From Candidatus Caldarchaeum sp. (GTDB lineage: Archaea > Thermoproteota > Nitrososphaeria_A > Caldarchaeales > Caldarchaeaceae), in contig JAWAFZ010000002.1 in NCBI GenBank assembly GCA_038890155.1, forward strand, positions 10,774-74,773: a stretch of DNA of 64,000 nucleotides, written 5' to 3'. This document shows positions 54,086 to 63,650 of the stretch, one piece after another; the stretch's first letter is position 1, and every line of letters begins with the position of its first letter. A program made the translations under genes and the position numbers. A model generated the notes under the pieces. That model did not search any database and was not told the DNA's origin. It saw only the letters and a program-made list of their open reading frames with translations.

Positions 54086-55132
54086 TTGAAGGCGGTTGTT
54101 CTCGCGGCCGGGTTCGGGAAGAGGCTACGGCCTTTGACAGTCAACAGGCCTAAGCATATTCTTCCTCTTGCTGGAAAGCCGCTGGTCGCTAGGACGGTCG
54201 AGGCTTTGGTCGACTCGGGTGTTGAAGAGGTTGGCGTCCTAGTTGGCTACCGTTCTGAGCTGATAGCCGACGCCTTGAGAAAAATCGACCAAAACCGTGT
54301 GAAGTACATCGTGCAGAAGAACATAGCGGGAACGGGGGCAGCTGTGATGGAGTGTAGGAGTTTCTTGGCCGGGCAGGAGCATTTTCTAGTCGTTTACGGA
54401 GACCTGACCCTCGATGCTGGTGCTTTGAAGGAGTTTTTGAGCTTCTTCCACGGGGCAGGCTGGGACGGAGCCGTCGCTGCCGTCGAGGTCGGGGAAACAG
54501 GAGCCTACGGAGTTGTCGAGGCTCGAAACTCTCACCTCGTCAGGATAAGGGAGAAGGAGGATGTTAGCGGGCCTATAAACGCCGGTGTCTACGTGCTGGG
54601 AAGCTACGTCTTCGAGGCTCTCGAGAGGGTTGGTCCATCCCCACGTGGAGAGGTCGAGCTAACGGACGCCCTCAACCTCCTAGCTTCCTCCGGCAGGAGG
54701 ATAGGGGTCAAGCTGTTTGAGGCAGGGTGGTGGTATGACATAGGCAGGCCCTCTGACTATCTTGCCGCCAACCACGCCTTCCTCAGAAGAATCTACGGCG
54801 AAGGTGTATTTCTCGAGGGCGGTGTTGAGGTAGGGGACGGGACCTCCGTCAGAGGCCCTGTATACTTGGGGAGGAATGTTAAGGTTGGGAGCATGTGCGT
54901 GCTGGAAGGGCCTGCGATGGTCTGCGACTATTCCACAATCATGGCCGGAAGCCATGTGAGGAGAAGCATCCTCTTAGAGAACTGTGTGGTCGGGCCTGAA
55001 AGCAAAGTCGTTGACAGCATCCTGTGCGAGGGTTCAGCCTTTCCGAAGGGGTTGGAGGTTGCTTCGAGCAAGTTCCCCGCCTACGTCAGCGAGCCCGGGC
55101 TCGTCGTCGAAGACAGGCTCAGGGTTGTATGA
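54086..55132 (+). CDS. Sugar-1-phosphate nucleotidyltransferase with a C-terminal left-handed beta-helix
   Basis: MKAVVLAAGFGKRLRPLTVNRPKHILP (GxGxRxxPxT), with hexapeptide-repeat-like segments at the C-terminus. Confidence 0.8.
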   Translation: MKAVVLAAGFGKRLRPLTVNRPKHILPLAGKPLVARTVEALVDSGVEEVGVLVGYRSELIADALRKIDQNRVKYIVQKNIAGTGAAVMECRSFLAGQEHFLVVYGDLTLDAGALKEFLSFFHGAGWDGAVAAVEVGETGAYGVVEARNSHLVRIREKEDVSGPINAGVYVLGSYVFEALERVGPSPRGEVELTDALNLLASSGRRIGVKLFEAGWWYDIGRPSDYLAANHAFLRRIYGEGVFLEGGVEVGDGTSVRGPVYLGRNVKVGSMCVLEGPAMVCDYSTIMAGSHVRRSILLENCVVGPESKVVDSILCEGSAFPKGLEVASSKFPAYVSEPGLVVEDRLRVV

Positions 55133-55808
55133 GACCGCTTCTCAGCATGCTCCGCGCAACTAGCTTGGCTACACGTACGGGCTCGGGATAGCGGCCGCTC
55201 AGCGTGAACTTGTTGATGAGACGCACAGCCTCGTCAAGCTCGACGCCGAAACACCTCACGTACAGGTTGTACCCAGTCTTTAAAACTACTCTATAACGTT
55301 CCCCGTTGCCCCTGTGTATTTCAAGCCTCCTACTCCAGTCGTCTGGAAAACGACGGATAAACACGTCGTCCAGCCCCTCTGAGTCTCTGTAGCTTATGCA
55401 GACCAGCGGCGTGGCCGTTGTTCGAAAAACTTTCGGAAGGTCCACGACGTTGAACCAGCTGATGACGCTTCCTCCCAGCATGGTGAAGTTGATGTCTTCA
55501 CGCTCGAGGTTGCGCCAGACAGACATTATCGAGTCGGTTGAGTCAAGCCCTCCGACGCTGCATGCGGCGACTCCGACGCCGTCGATCAGAAGGTCTGAAC
55601 GCATGACTACGCCGGCGATGACCGCCTTAGACCCAGCTTCCTTCCTGAAGCTTTCAGCGAATCCTAAGCACCTTATTCCTTTCTTATCTATGTTAACCGT
55701 CTTCGGCAAGAGCTTCCACAACCGTCTTCCAAGCACGTGCCACGTTGTCTGGGCTGTACCCGCCCCCACCCATGCCCAAGATCCTGCCGCCGCATTTTTT
55801 GCCGGCAA
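55119..55808 (-). CDS. UPF0215/DUF99 family protein (EndoV-like fold)
   Basis: GIRCLGFAESF...VIAGVVMRSDLLIDGVGVAACSVGGLDSTDSI is typical of DUF99. The maximal ORF overlaps the upstream HDAC gene by 116 nt, so the likely real start is internal (for example TTG 55709). Confidence 0.6.
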   Translation of the reverse strand: MPAKNAAAGSWAWVGAGTAQTTWHVLGRRLWKLLPKTVNIDKKGIRCLGFAESFRKEAGSKAVIAGVVMRSDLLIDGVGVAACSVGGLDSTDSIMSVWRNLEREDINFTMLGGSVISWFNVVDLPKVFRTTATPLVCISYRDSEGLDDVFIRRFPDDWSRRLEIHRGNGERYRVVLKTGYNLYVRCFGVELDEAVRLINKFTLSGRYPEPVRVAKLVARSMLRSGLIQP

Positions 55809-56652
55809 GAGACTTGAGAGACCTGGCTGCGTGTCTGTGTGCCTCCGGCGAGTACTGAAGGCTTGTCAGAGGGTCGCCTCTCAAGCCGTCAGCCCCCGAC
55901 TGTAGCAGGAGAAAGTCGAACTCGAATTTCTCCAGAAAATTCATAATCTCTTCGAAGGCTTTGATGAATTCGTCGTCTCCCGAGAAGGGCATCAGAGGGA
56001 CGTTGAGCTTGGTTCCTCGGGCCTTCCCCTCGCCCGTCTCGTTGCGGAAGCCTGTTCCCGGGTACAGGGTTCGGCCGTCTTGATGTATGTCGGCGAAGAT
56101 TACCCGTTCGTCGCTGTAAAAGTCGTAGCAGACTCCGTCGCCGTGATGGGCATCGATGTCAACGTAGGCTACGCTGTTTATTCCATCTGTCCTGAGAAGG
56201 TACTCGATGGCCACGGCTGCGTCGTTGAATATGCAGAACCCTCCAGCCCTGTCTCGCCGGGCGTGGTGAAGACCTCCCATGGGGTTGAAGCCTACTCGGT
56301 ATCTTCCACTCAAAACGCCCCTGAGAAGCGTGAGCGTCGTTCCAACAACGTAGGACGCCGCCTCGAAGCATCCGGGGAAGGCGGGCGTGTCGCCGTAGTC
56401 GAGATACCCGTGCCCGTGCCTGCATCTCTCCTCCACATACTTAACATAGCCGTCTGTATGGAAAAGCTCTATCTCAGAGACATCCGCCATAGCCGGCTTG
56501 ACGAACTCGATTCTGCTCAACAAAGGCTGGTCTTTCTCCAAGAGCTCGTAGAACCTTTCGAGCCTTGTCCTGTTGAGTGGATGTGGGTCTGGGAAGCTGT
56601 AGAGAAAGAGCTCCTCCCCCTTGGCCACGGCTACGGACGACATTCTCCTCAT
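55693..56652 (-). CDS. Histone deacetylase-family protein (AcuC/acetylpolyamine amidohydrolase-like)
   Basis: GGLHHARRDRAGGFCIFND, VDIDAHHGDG and GGGGY motifs. Confidence 0.85.
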   Translation of the reverse strand: MRRMSSVAVAKGEELFLYSFPDPHPLNRTRLERFYELLEKDQPLLSRIEFVKPAMADVSEIELFHTDGYVKYVEERCRHGHGYLDYGDTPAFPGCFEAASYVVGTTLTLLRGVLSGRYRVGFNPMGGLHHARRDRAGGFCIFNDAAVAIEYLLRTDGINSVAYVDIDAHHGDGVCYDFYSDERVIFADIHQDGRTLYPGTGFRNETGEGKARGTKLNVPLMPFSGDDEFIKAFEEIMNFLEKFEFDFLLLQSGADGLRGDPLTSLQYSPEAHRHAARSLKSLAGKKCGGRILGMGGGGYSPDNVARAWKTVVEALAEDG

Positions 56653-56674
56653 AGAAAGGAGTCTGTGCGACGGA

Positions 56675-56680
56675 TTTATA
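56675..56680 (+). promoter_or_regulatory. TATA box in the divergent HDAC / Y-family polymerase spacer
   Basis: TTTATA lies about 36-41 nt upstream of GTG 56716 and about 25 nt upstream of the minus-strand ATG 56652. Confidence 0.35.
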
Positions 56681-56715
56681 CTTCCCCCGCATGGTTTTTC
56701 AAGGGCTTGAGCAGA

Positions 56716-57804
56716 GTGGTGCTCTTCCTCGACCTCGACTACTTCTTCGCTCAGGTTGAGGAGGTTGAAAAACCTGAGTACAGAGACAGGCCTCTGGTTG
56801 TCTGCGTGTACTCGGGAAGGACTGAATCGAGCGGCGTCGTCAGCTCAGCCAACTACGTGGCCCGGAGGTACGGGGTCAAGGCCGGCATGCCCATAAGGCT
56901 AGCCATGGGCAAGCTTCCCAGCGACTCGGTCTACCTTCCCGTGAGGATGGAACACTATCTCAAAGTCTCCAGAGATGTGATGGACATAGCGAGGAAGTAT
57001 TCGGCGAAGATGCGGGTCGAAAGCGTGGACGAGGCAGTCCTCGACGTGACCGAGGTGGTGGACGGGAGTTTCGACAAGGCTAGAGAACACGCCGCCAAGC
57101 TGAAGACCGAGATACTTGAGAGAAAATCCCTGAAGTGCAGCGTCGGAGTGGCTCCCAACAGGGTTCTGGCTAAGATGGCGGCGGAGGCAGCGAAGCCCGA
57201 CGGGCTGAAGGTCGTCAACCCTGAGGAAGTCGGCGTTTTTCTCGCAGGCCAGCCTGTCGAGGCTCTTCCGGGTGTCGGGCATAAGACGAAGAGCCTGCTT
57301 GAGGATCTGGGTGTCAGGACCGTGGCCGACTTGGGGAGGCTGGACATAGATGTTTTGGAGAATGTCTTCGGCCCTAAGAAAGCTAGGTACGTCTACTTGG
57401 CTTCGAGAGGCTTGTTCGACGAGCCTGTGCAGGAAAGGGGAGCGGCGAAGCAGGTGAGCAGAATCCTTACGTTGAAACGGAACACACGGAGCTTGGACGA
57501 GGTCGAACACGCCTTAGCCAAGGCCTTGACGCAGGTCTTGAACAGGCTCAGCAGCCTCCGCATGGCTGCAACCCGTCTAGGAATCATAGTCATCACTTCG
57601 GAGATCAAGACATTCACCAAACAGGTTGAAATAAGGCCGGGGTCCTCGTACGACGAGCTGATGAGGTTGTTGAGGAGCATGCTTCAGCAAGTGCTGAGCG
57701 AAAATCCTTCTTTGATGCTTAGGAGACTGGGGGTTAGGATGTCCGGTCTGCTGAGCCTGACAGGCCAGAGCACGCTCACGGCTTGGAGTGAACATGAATC
57801 ATGA
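56716..57804 (+). CDS. dinB: Y-family DNA polymerase IV (Dpo4/DinB)
   Basis: VLFLDLDYFFAQVEE, SANYVARRYGVKAGMP, ESVDEAVLDV, VGVAPNRVLAKMAAE and LPGVGHKT. Start at GTG 56716; the ORF-track extension to 56080 is antisense to the HDAC gene. Confidence 0.88.
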   Translation: MVLFLDLDYFFAQVEEVEKPEYRDRPLVVCVYSGRTESSGVVSSANYVARRYGVKAGMPIRLAMGKLPSDSVYLPVRMEHYLKVSRDVMDIARKYSAKMRVESVDEAVLDVTEVVDGSFDKAREHAAKLKTEILERKSLKCSVGVAPNRVLAKMAAEAAKPDGLKVVNPEEVGVFLAGQPVEALPGVGHKTKSLLEDLGVRTVADLGRLDIDVLENVFGPKKARYVYLASRGLFDEPVQERGAAKQVSRILTLKRNTRSLDEVEHALAKALTQVLNRLSSLRMAATRLGIIVITSEIKTFTKQVEIRPGSSYDELMRLLRSMLQQVLSENPSLMLRRLGVRMSGLLSLTGQSTLTAWSEHES

Positions 57805-58214
57805 ACTTGCGGAGCATCTTAGCTGGCACCGAGATGGTTAGGTTCGCCAAGTTTGCCGTTGTAGGCCTTGTGGGGCTTGCGCTAAACACAGTCCTGCTCT
57901 ACTTGCTGACGACCTTTGTTTTTGGGGAGAGGCTTTACCTGATTGCAGCCGTCCTCAGCCTCGAGGCCTCGATACTCAACAACTTCCTGCTCAACGAGTA
58001 CTGGACGTTCAAGGACCGTGTGGCTGGCGGAGGGTTTTTCAAACGTGTGCTGAAGTTTCACGGGTCGAGGGTTCTGGGAGCTGCCACGAGCATCGTGGTG
58101 TTGTTTCTTTTAACGGAGTACATGGGTCTCTACTACCTTGTCTCTAACCTCGTCGCCGTGGTTTTAGGAACGGCTGTCAACTACTTGACAAGTAATTTCT
58201 GGGTGTGGGCATAA
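57801..58214 (+). CDS. GtrA-family membrane protein
   Basis: 137 aa with 4 TM helices. FAKFAVVGLVGLALNTVLLYLL and C-terminal NYLTSNFWVW. ATGA overlap with dinB. Confidence 0.75.
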   Translation: MNLRSILAGTEMVRFAKFAVVGLVGLALNTVLLYLLTTFVFGERLYLIAAVLSLEASILNNFLLNEYWTFKDRVAGGGFFKRVLKFHGSRVLGAATSIVVLFLLTEYMGLYYLVSNLVAVVLGTAVNYLTSNFWVWA

Positions 58215-58235
58215 GCAGCTTATTACTATCCTTAT

Positions 58236-58871
58236 ATGCGGACAATCGCAACTAGCAACGCCATGCATAACACAAACACCACGAAGAAAGTAGCCCTCGC
58301 ATCGGCTTTCAGCGCTCTCGGAATAGTGATATCCCCTCTAATGTTCGAGTGGCTGGGCTCACGAGCGTTCCCCGGACAACACTTCATAAACGTACTCACG
58401 GGAGTGATCCTCGGCCCTGTCTGGGGAGCTGTAGTGGCCTTCATCATCGGGACGGTAAGGATGGCTCTCGGAACGGGGACTATCTTCGCCTATCCAGGAG
58501 GAATTCCCGGAGCTGTTCTCGTCGGGCTGGCGTTCACTCTTCTGTCCAAGCTTACATCCTCGAGGATCCGCTACGCCGCAGCCCTAGCCGAGCCGGTTGG
58601 AACCGTGCTGATAGGAGGCACGCTCGCCATAACAGTCGTCGCACCCTACGTAGGCGCAGCAGTAGGCCCCGCCGCCATAATGCTCCGGAACGTCGAGACG
58701 TTAGGCTTCTTCCCAGCCCTGCTAATACTTTGGGGAGGCTGGGCTATAAGCTCCTTCACAGGTGCGCTGGCAGGGCTCGTCTTTCTCGCCGCTGCGGAGA
58801 GATACGGAGTCCTAAAACGCATATTACCGGCGGGGGTCAAGAAGAGCTCAGCTGATAAAGAATGGAGGTAG
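58236..58871 (+). CDS. thiW: ECF-type S-component-like membrane protein, ThiW-like
   Basis: 211 aa with 5-6 TM helices. VALASAFSALGIVISP...FPGQHFINVLTGVILGP resembles ThiW. Lies in a cluster with thiDN. Confidence 0.55.
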   Translation: MRTIATSNAMHNTNTTKKVALASAFSALGIVISPLMFEWLGSRAFPGQHFINVLTGVILGPVWGAVVAFIIGTVRMALGTGTIFAYPGGIPGAVLVGLAFTLLSKLTSSRIRYAAALAEPVGTVLIGGTLAITVVAPYVGAAVGPAAIMLRNVETLGFFPALLILWGGWAISSFTGALAGLVFLAAAERYGVLKRILPAGVKKSSADKEWR

Positions 58872-59422
58872 ACAAATTTCTCCGCAGGAGGACGGTCATC
58901 TATGGAGAGGCTGGGTCGGGGAAGACACGGCTTCTAGCACATCTTCTCTCAAGGCTGAAGGCTGTCCTAAACCCGTTGGACATAACGGTCGTCGACATCG
59001 CGCCCGAGAGGATTGGCGAGGTGGGTGGGCCACTCACCGTGTACGCCGACATGAGCGGAATGAGATACCTGAGGCCAGCACGAGTCTACGCACCTAGGTT
59101 GATGGCCTGCAACGCGGAAGACCTCAGAAGATACGTAACCTTGAACGTCGAGGAAGCACGTAAATGTCTGCAGGCATATGCTTCAAACCCGACCCCCGTG
59201 CTCGCCGTCAACGATGCGACGATATTTCTTCACGGAGCTGAAGTGAACGAGCTCCTCGGCTACGCTGCCAAGGCCTCGACTTTCATGGCTACGGCCTACT
59301 ATGGTGAGAAGCTGTCGGAAGACTACGGCACTGGTCTTTCGTCCAGCGAAAGAAGCAGGGTCGAAGAACTTCTAAAGCATGTTGACGTGAGGCTCAGGCT
59401 TAATTCCGACCATGAATCCTGA
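58862..59422 (+). CDS. P-loop NTPase of unknown function
   Basis: Walker A VIYGEAGSGKTRL and a possible Walker B PVLAVNDAT. 186 aa. I recognise no further family. Confidence 0.5.
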   Translation: MEVDKFLRRRTVIYGEAGSGKTRLLAHLLSRLKAVLNPLDITVVDIAPERIGEVGGPLTVYADMSGMRYLRPARVYAPRLMACNAEDLRRYVTLNVEEARKCLQAYASNPTPVLAVNDATIFLHGAEVNELLGYAAKASTFMATAYYGEKLSEDYGTGLSSSERSRVEELLKHVDVRLRLNSDHES

Positions 59423-59427
59423 AAACC

Positions 59428-60678
59428 GTGGTCGTCTGCGTCTTCGAGGACAGCTGCGTCGAAAACCTCGCCCCCCTGACGTCGACAAGGCCGGCCTACG
59501 ACCTCCTGTGCGGCACCTCTACGTTGCTGCAAAAGATCCTCCAATTCAGCCATGAACAACCCACCGCCCATCTTTTCACAAGGCCCTACTTGAGCGAAGT
59601 CGTGAGGGAACGTTTTCAGAGACTTCCCGTCAACATGGCTCCGCTCGATGAAGAACTTCTGCTGGTCAACGGATGCATGGTTGTCGACGAGGTGTCAGGA
59701 GCAGCTTTGAGGTCTGTCAAAAAAGGCGAGGCCTTGACCGTGGAGGGCCGTGTCGCCGCGGCTAGGGTGGACGGTAGAAGCCTGCCGGCTGAGTTCTTCG
59801 ACTCCTTGATGGGGGGAGATGTTGCGTCGACGCTTAAGCAAGCTGTTAAGGTTTGGAGGGAAGCCGTAGAGGTCAAGCTGGTCGGGCGTCCGTGGGACCT
59901 GATTGAGCTCAGCACCCGCCTCGTTGGACCAGAGGTTTCAGGAAAGCCCGCCAACCATCCCAACTCTCTGGGAAGAGTTTACGTGGGCGAGGACGTGGAC
60001 TTGTCGCCACAAGCCTTCATCGACGGCAGGAAAGGCCCAGTAGTTTTGGACAGCAGCTCGACCGTCGAGCCTTTCTGCAAGCTCGTGGGTCCTGTTTACG
60101 TGGGAAGGGGTTCGGTTGTGTTTTCGGGCTCGGTTGTCGTGGATAGTTGCATAGGCCCCGTCTGCAGAGTCGGCGGAGAGGTCGACTCGTCCATAATCAT
60201 GGGCTACTCCAACAAAAGGCATTACGGTTTCCTAGGCCACAGCGTCGTCGGCGAGTGGGTAAACTTCGGAGCTGGAACAACGGTGTCGAACCTGAAGAAC
60301 ACCTACGGGACGTTCAGGCCACAAGTTGGAGGGAGAAGAGTCGACAGCGGCCGTATCTTCATGGGGTCTTTCTTCGGCGACCACGTCAAGACAAGCATAG
60401 GCTGCATGGTCTCCGGAGGGTTGAGCATAGGCGTCTGCAGCCACCTGTTCAGAGAAGTCAACACAGACGTTCCGGCTTTCACCATCCACACCCCCTCCGC
60501 GAAGACAGAGCTGTACCTCGACTCAGCCATCACGACCGCCAAGAGGATGATGGCCCGCAGGAACAAAGAACCAACCGAGTCCTACGTCAGAATGCTCGAA
60601 ACCCTGTTCAGGATGACTCACAAGGATAGAAGGAGGCTGGGGGTTAAGACGGGGAAGGCCAGCTTTTATAACAGCTAG
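59428..60678 (+). CDS. Putative sugar nucleotidyltransferase-like protein (NTP_transf_4-like N-domain plus hexapeptide-repeat beta-helix)
   Basis: GTG start. The N-terminus VCVFEDSCVENLAPLTSTRPAYDLLCG lacks the GxGxR loop. The C-terminal half has imperfect hexapeptide repeats. Confidence 0.55.
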   Translation: MVVCVFEDSCVENLAPLTSTRPAYDLLCGTSTLLQKILQFSHEQPTAHLFTRPYLSEVVRERFQRLPVNMAPLDEELLLVNGCMVVDEVSGAALRSVKKGEALTVEGRVAAARVDGRSLPAEFFDSLMGGDVASTLKQAVKVWREAVEVKLVGRPWDLIELSTRLVGPEVSGKPANHPNSLGRVYVGEDVDLSPQAFIDGRKGPVVLDSSSTVEPFCKLVGPVYVGRGSVVFSGSVVVDSCIGPVCRVGGEVDSSIIMGYSNKRHYGFLGHSVVGEWVNFGAGTTVSNLKNTYGTFRPQVGGRRVDSGRIFMGSFFGDHVKTSIGCMVSGGLSIGVCSHLFREVNTDVPAFTIHTPSAKTELYLDSAITTAKRMMARRNKEPTESYVRMLETLFRMTHKDRRRLGVKTGKASFYNS

Positions 60679-60692
60679 CCTAACGTAAACCC

Positions 60693-62048
60693 ATGGTCAG
60701 GAGAGTTCTGACGGTAGCAGGATCTGACTCGGGAGGAGGGGCTGGAATACAGGCGGACCTCAAGACCTTCGCAGCCCACGGAGTTCATGGAATGTCGGCG
60801 ATAACCTGTATAACCGCCCAAAACACCGAGACGGTTTCAGCCATACAGCCCATCCCCGCCGAGATAGTGAGGGAGCAGATAAGAACAGTAGTGGAAGACA
60901 TAGGCGTCGACGCCGTCAAGACAGGTATGCTTTTCAGCAGCGAGATAATAGAGGCTGTAGCGGACGAGCTTGAAAGAGTCGATTCACCCGTGGTGGTTGA
61001 CCCCGTGGCCGTCGCCAAGAGCGGGGCACGGCTTCTGCAGCAGCAGGCTGTCGAGACCCTCGTCAAACGTCTTCTACCTATAGCGGACATCGTCACACCC
61101 AACTTGAACGAGGTGAGTGTTTTGACAGGATTTAGGGCGGCTTCCGTGGACGAGATGGTCTCCGCTGCAGAGAAGATAGCGGAAATGGGGCCCGAGGCCG
61201 TGGTTGTTAAAGGAGGACATCTTCAAGGCCCTAAGACCGTCGACGTTCTCTACTACTCCGGCAAGACCTATTTGTATGAAGCCGATAGAATACCCACGAA
61301 GAACACTCATGGAACAGGCTGTTGCTTCGCTTCAGCCATAGCCTCCAACCTCGCTAAAGGCTACAAGGTTCCTCAGGCCGTCAGGCTCGCTCAGCAGTTC
61401 GTCGTCGAAGCCGTCAGGAGAGGCTTGGACATAGGCAGGGGACACGGCCCCATACATCCGACAGGTCGGCTGTACACGATGGCTTGCAGGATGGAGGCGT
61501 TGGAAAACCTCAGGGAGGCGTTGAGGATGATTGGGGATGTTGAGGAGTTCGCCGAGCTCATTCCCGAGCTGGGGTCGAACTTTGTAGCAGCTTCAGCAGA
61601 CGCCTCAGATGTTGACGATGTCGCCGCCGTTCCGGGAAGAATAGTCAGGATAGGTGAAGGATTCAAGCCTGTTTCGGAGCCATGGCTCGGAACCTCGAGC
61701 CACGTTGCCAAAGCAGTACTCACAGCTCTAAAGCACGACCATTCAGTGAGAAGCGCGATAAACATACGTCTCGACGAGGAGGTGTTGAAGAAGATAGAGG
61801 CTGCGGGACTGTCCGTGTCAAGCTACGACAGAGCCAAGCAGCCCGAACAGGTCAAGACAACAGAGGGGATGACTATCCCATGGGGTGTTGAGGAGGCCAT
61901 CAAATCCGCCGGCGGCGTGCCTGACGTAGTCTATCACTTAGGAGAGGTTGGCAAGGAGCCCATGGCAATCGTCTTCGGCCAAGACCCCTTCGAAGTAGTC
62001 AGGAAAGTCGTCAAAATCCTCAGCGGGCCCTCGAGGGGAGAGAGTTGA
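60693..62048 (+). CDS. thiDN: Bifunctional hydroxymethylpyrimidine/phosphomethylpyrimidine kinase plus thiamine-phosphate synthase (ThiD-ThiN fusion)
   Basis: The N-terminal ThiD core has [21 protein letters not shown] and [13 protein letters not shown]. The ~180 aa C-terminal domain has the length and position of ThiN. Confidence 0.85.
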   Translation: MVRRVLTVAGSDSGGGAGIQADLKTFAAHGVHGMSAITCITAQNTETVSAIQPIPAEIVREQIRTVVEDIGVDAVKTGMLFSSEIIEAVADELERVDSPVVVDPVAVAKSGARLLQQQAVETLVKRLLPIADIVTPNLNEVSVLTGFRAASVDEMVSAAEKIAEMGPEAVVVKGGHLQGPKTVDVLYYSGKTYLYEADRIPTKNTHGTGCCFASAIASNLAKGYKVPQAVRLAQQFVVEAVRRGLDIGRGHGPIHPTGRLYTMACRMEALENLREALRMIGDVEEFAELIPELGSNFVAASADASDVDDVAAVPGRIVRIGEGFKPVSEPWLGTSSHVAKAVLTALKHDHSVRSAINIRLDEEVLKKIEAAGLSVSSYDRAKQPEQVKTTEGMTIPWGVEEAIKSAGGVPDVVYHLGEVGKEPMAIVFGQDPFEVVRKVVKILSGPSRGES

Positions 62049-62932
62049 AGCCCTCGTTCGGAGTATGCCTCCTCAACTTCGGCAACTACGTCTCCGCCGA
62101 CTCTATCCTCAAGTCAGCTCAGGACTCTGAGGAGATCGGTTTCGACTCGGTCTGGGCGACAGACCACCTCCTCATGCCGCCGGGCATGAGACACCCCTAC
62201 GGCAGGATAATTGAAGCCCTCACGGCGATGTCTTTCGCCGCCTCGGCGACGGAGTATGTGAAGATAGGGTCGTCGGTCTTGGTTCTTCCCATGAGGGAGC
62301 CTGTCCAAGTGGCGAAGAGCTTGGCCTCGATAGACGTCGTCAGCGGCGGTCGCGTGATTGCGGGCTTCGGAGCCGGATGGTGCAGGGAAGAATACCGAAG
62401 CCTAGGGATGGATTTCCACAACAGGGGAAAGAGGTTCGACGAAGCGTTGAGCCTGGTTAAAACGCTTTGGAAGGGCGGTGAAGTCAGCTTCAGTGGAAGA
62501 TACTATAACGTGGAGGGAGGTGTCTTCGAGCCGGCTCCAGCTCAGAAAGACGGGATACCTGTGTGGATAGGAGGCAACAGCGACAAGGCTTTCAGGAGGG
62601 CGCTGAACCACGGCGACGGCTGGCACTTCACCGGCATGCCCGTCGAAAGAGTGAAGACTCTTCTTGGAAACGCAAGCCTGCGTCAGAATTTTATCGTCTC
62701 AGGAAGGCTTACAGTCGATTTTTCAGGCAAGTCCCCTAGGCTCACGAGGTCTCGTCTGGGAGAAGAGAGAGTAATAGTCTCGGGAAACGTCGACTACGTA
62801 ATCGAAACGCTGTCAAAGTACATCGAAGTAGGCGTGTCATACTTCGTGCTCTACTTTGGCGACAAGCCAGTGGATCAGTACGTAAAGGACATGGAGAGGT
62901 TCGCCAAGGAAGTGGCGCCGAGCTATGTATAA
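62045..62932 (+). CDS. LLM-class (luciferase-like) flavin/F420-dependent oxidoreductase
   Basis: FDSVWATDHLL, IGSSVLVLPMREP and GFGAGW motifs. Confidence 0.8.
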   Translation: MKPSFGVCLLNFGNYVSADSILKSAQDSEEIGFDSVWATDHLLMPPGMRHPYGRIIEALTAMSFAASATEYVKIGSSVLVLPMREPVQVAKSLASIDVVSGGRVIAGFGAGWCREEYRSLGMDFHNRGKRFDEALSLVKTLWKGGEVSFSGRYYNVEGGVFEPAPAQKDGIPVWIGGNSDKAFRRALNHGDGWHFTGMPVERVKTLLGNASLRQNFIVSGRLTVDFSGKSPRLTRSRLGEERVIVSGNVDYVIETLSKYIEVGVSYFVLYFGDKPVDQYVKDMERFAKEVAPSYV

Positions 62933-62957
62933 ATTAACCGGGAAGAAGCATTAATCG

Positions 62958-63422
62958 ATGGACGTCTCTAGAGTGTTTCAACTCACCGCCTCGACGACGG
63001 CGCTGGCTGTAGCAACAATGGGTTTAGGCAGCTACGTGAGTAAGGTAGGAGCAGGCCTCGCGTGCCCAGACTGGCCTCTCTGCCCCCTAGAAGCTGATAC
63101 TTTAATCCTTCTGGAGTTCAGCCACAGAATAATTGCTTTCACGACGTTCTTGACGGGCTTGGCTTCTTTCATAGCCTCCATGAAGGCGCCCAGCTACAGA
63201 GGTCGTAAACTAGTCTTCATCGGCTTCACCATCCTAGCTTTGCAGGTCTTCATCGTCGGCGCCCTAGTCATATTCACCATGCTTCCACCGCTTGTTGTAG
63301 CCATCCACCAAGCCGTCGCAGCCACCGTCGTAGCCTTCTACGCAGCCGCTGCAACCGCCTCTTACTACGCCGTCGGTGGGAAACATAAAAATAGAGCTGA
63401 TAACGTGATCAGCCATGTCTGA
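62958..63422 (+). CDS. ctaA: Heme A synthase, short 4-TM form (CtaA/COX15 half-size type)
   Basis: 154 aa with 4 TM helices. GAGLACPDWPLCP motif plus His residues in TM helices (EFSHRI, AIHQAV). Confidence 0.7.
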   Translation: MDVSRVFQLTASTTALAVATMGLGSYVSKVGAGLACPDWPLCPLEADTLILLEFSHRIIAFTTFLTGLASFIASMKAPSYRGRKLVFIGFTILALQVFIVGALVIFTMLPPLVVAIHQAVAATVVAFYAAAATASYYAVGGKHKNRADNVISHV

Positions 63423-63648
63423 CCTAAGGCCTGCGGACTACGCCGTGCTTACTGGAATGATCATCGGGTTGTTCGCAGCTCTCATGCTTGTCGGCAACTT
63501 CGGAAACCTTTACCAGCCTCTATCGCCTGAAACCGTGGCCATAAACCGTCTTTACCAGTTCATATACATCTCAGGCTCAGCGGTCGGCTCCATCTTCCTA
63601 GGGGCGTTGTTCTTCATAATATACAGGTTCCGGGAAAAAGGTGCCTGA
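63415..63648 (+). CDS. Small 2-TM membrane protein (possible accessory oxidase subunit)
   Basis: 77 aa with two hydrophobic helices. Overlaps the ctaA 3' end by 8 nt and ends 3 nt before the coxII-like start. Confidence 0.35.
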   Translation: MSDLRPADYAVLTGMIIGLFAALMLVGNFGNLYQPLSPETVAINRLYQFIYISGSAVGSIFLGALFFIIYRFREKGA

Positions 63649-63650
63649 CG

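Noticed and set aside
56080-56715. N-terminal 212 aa extension of the dinB ORF given in the ORF track (574 aa)
   Set aside because: The extension is antisense to the well-supported HDAC-family gene (55693-56652) and has no polymerase similarity. The Y-family N-terminus (VLFLDLDYFFAQVEE) begins at GTG 56716, with a TTTATA box upstream.
58215-58235. A TPP riboswitch upstream of the thiW-like gene
   Set aside because: The spacer is only 21 nt, and the upstream sequence is the gtrA coding region. There is no room for a ~100-nt THI element, and the conserved CUGAGA/ACCUGA segments are not visible.
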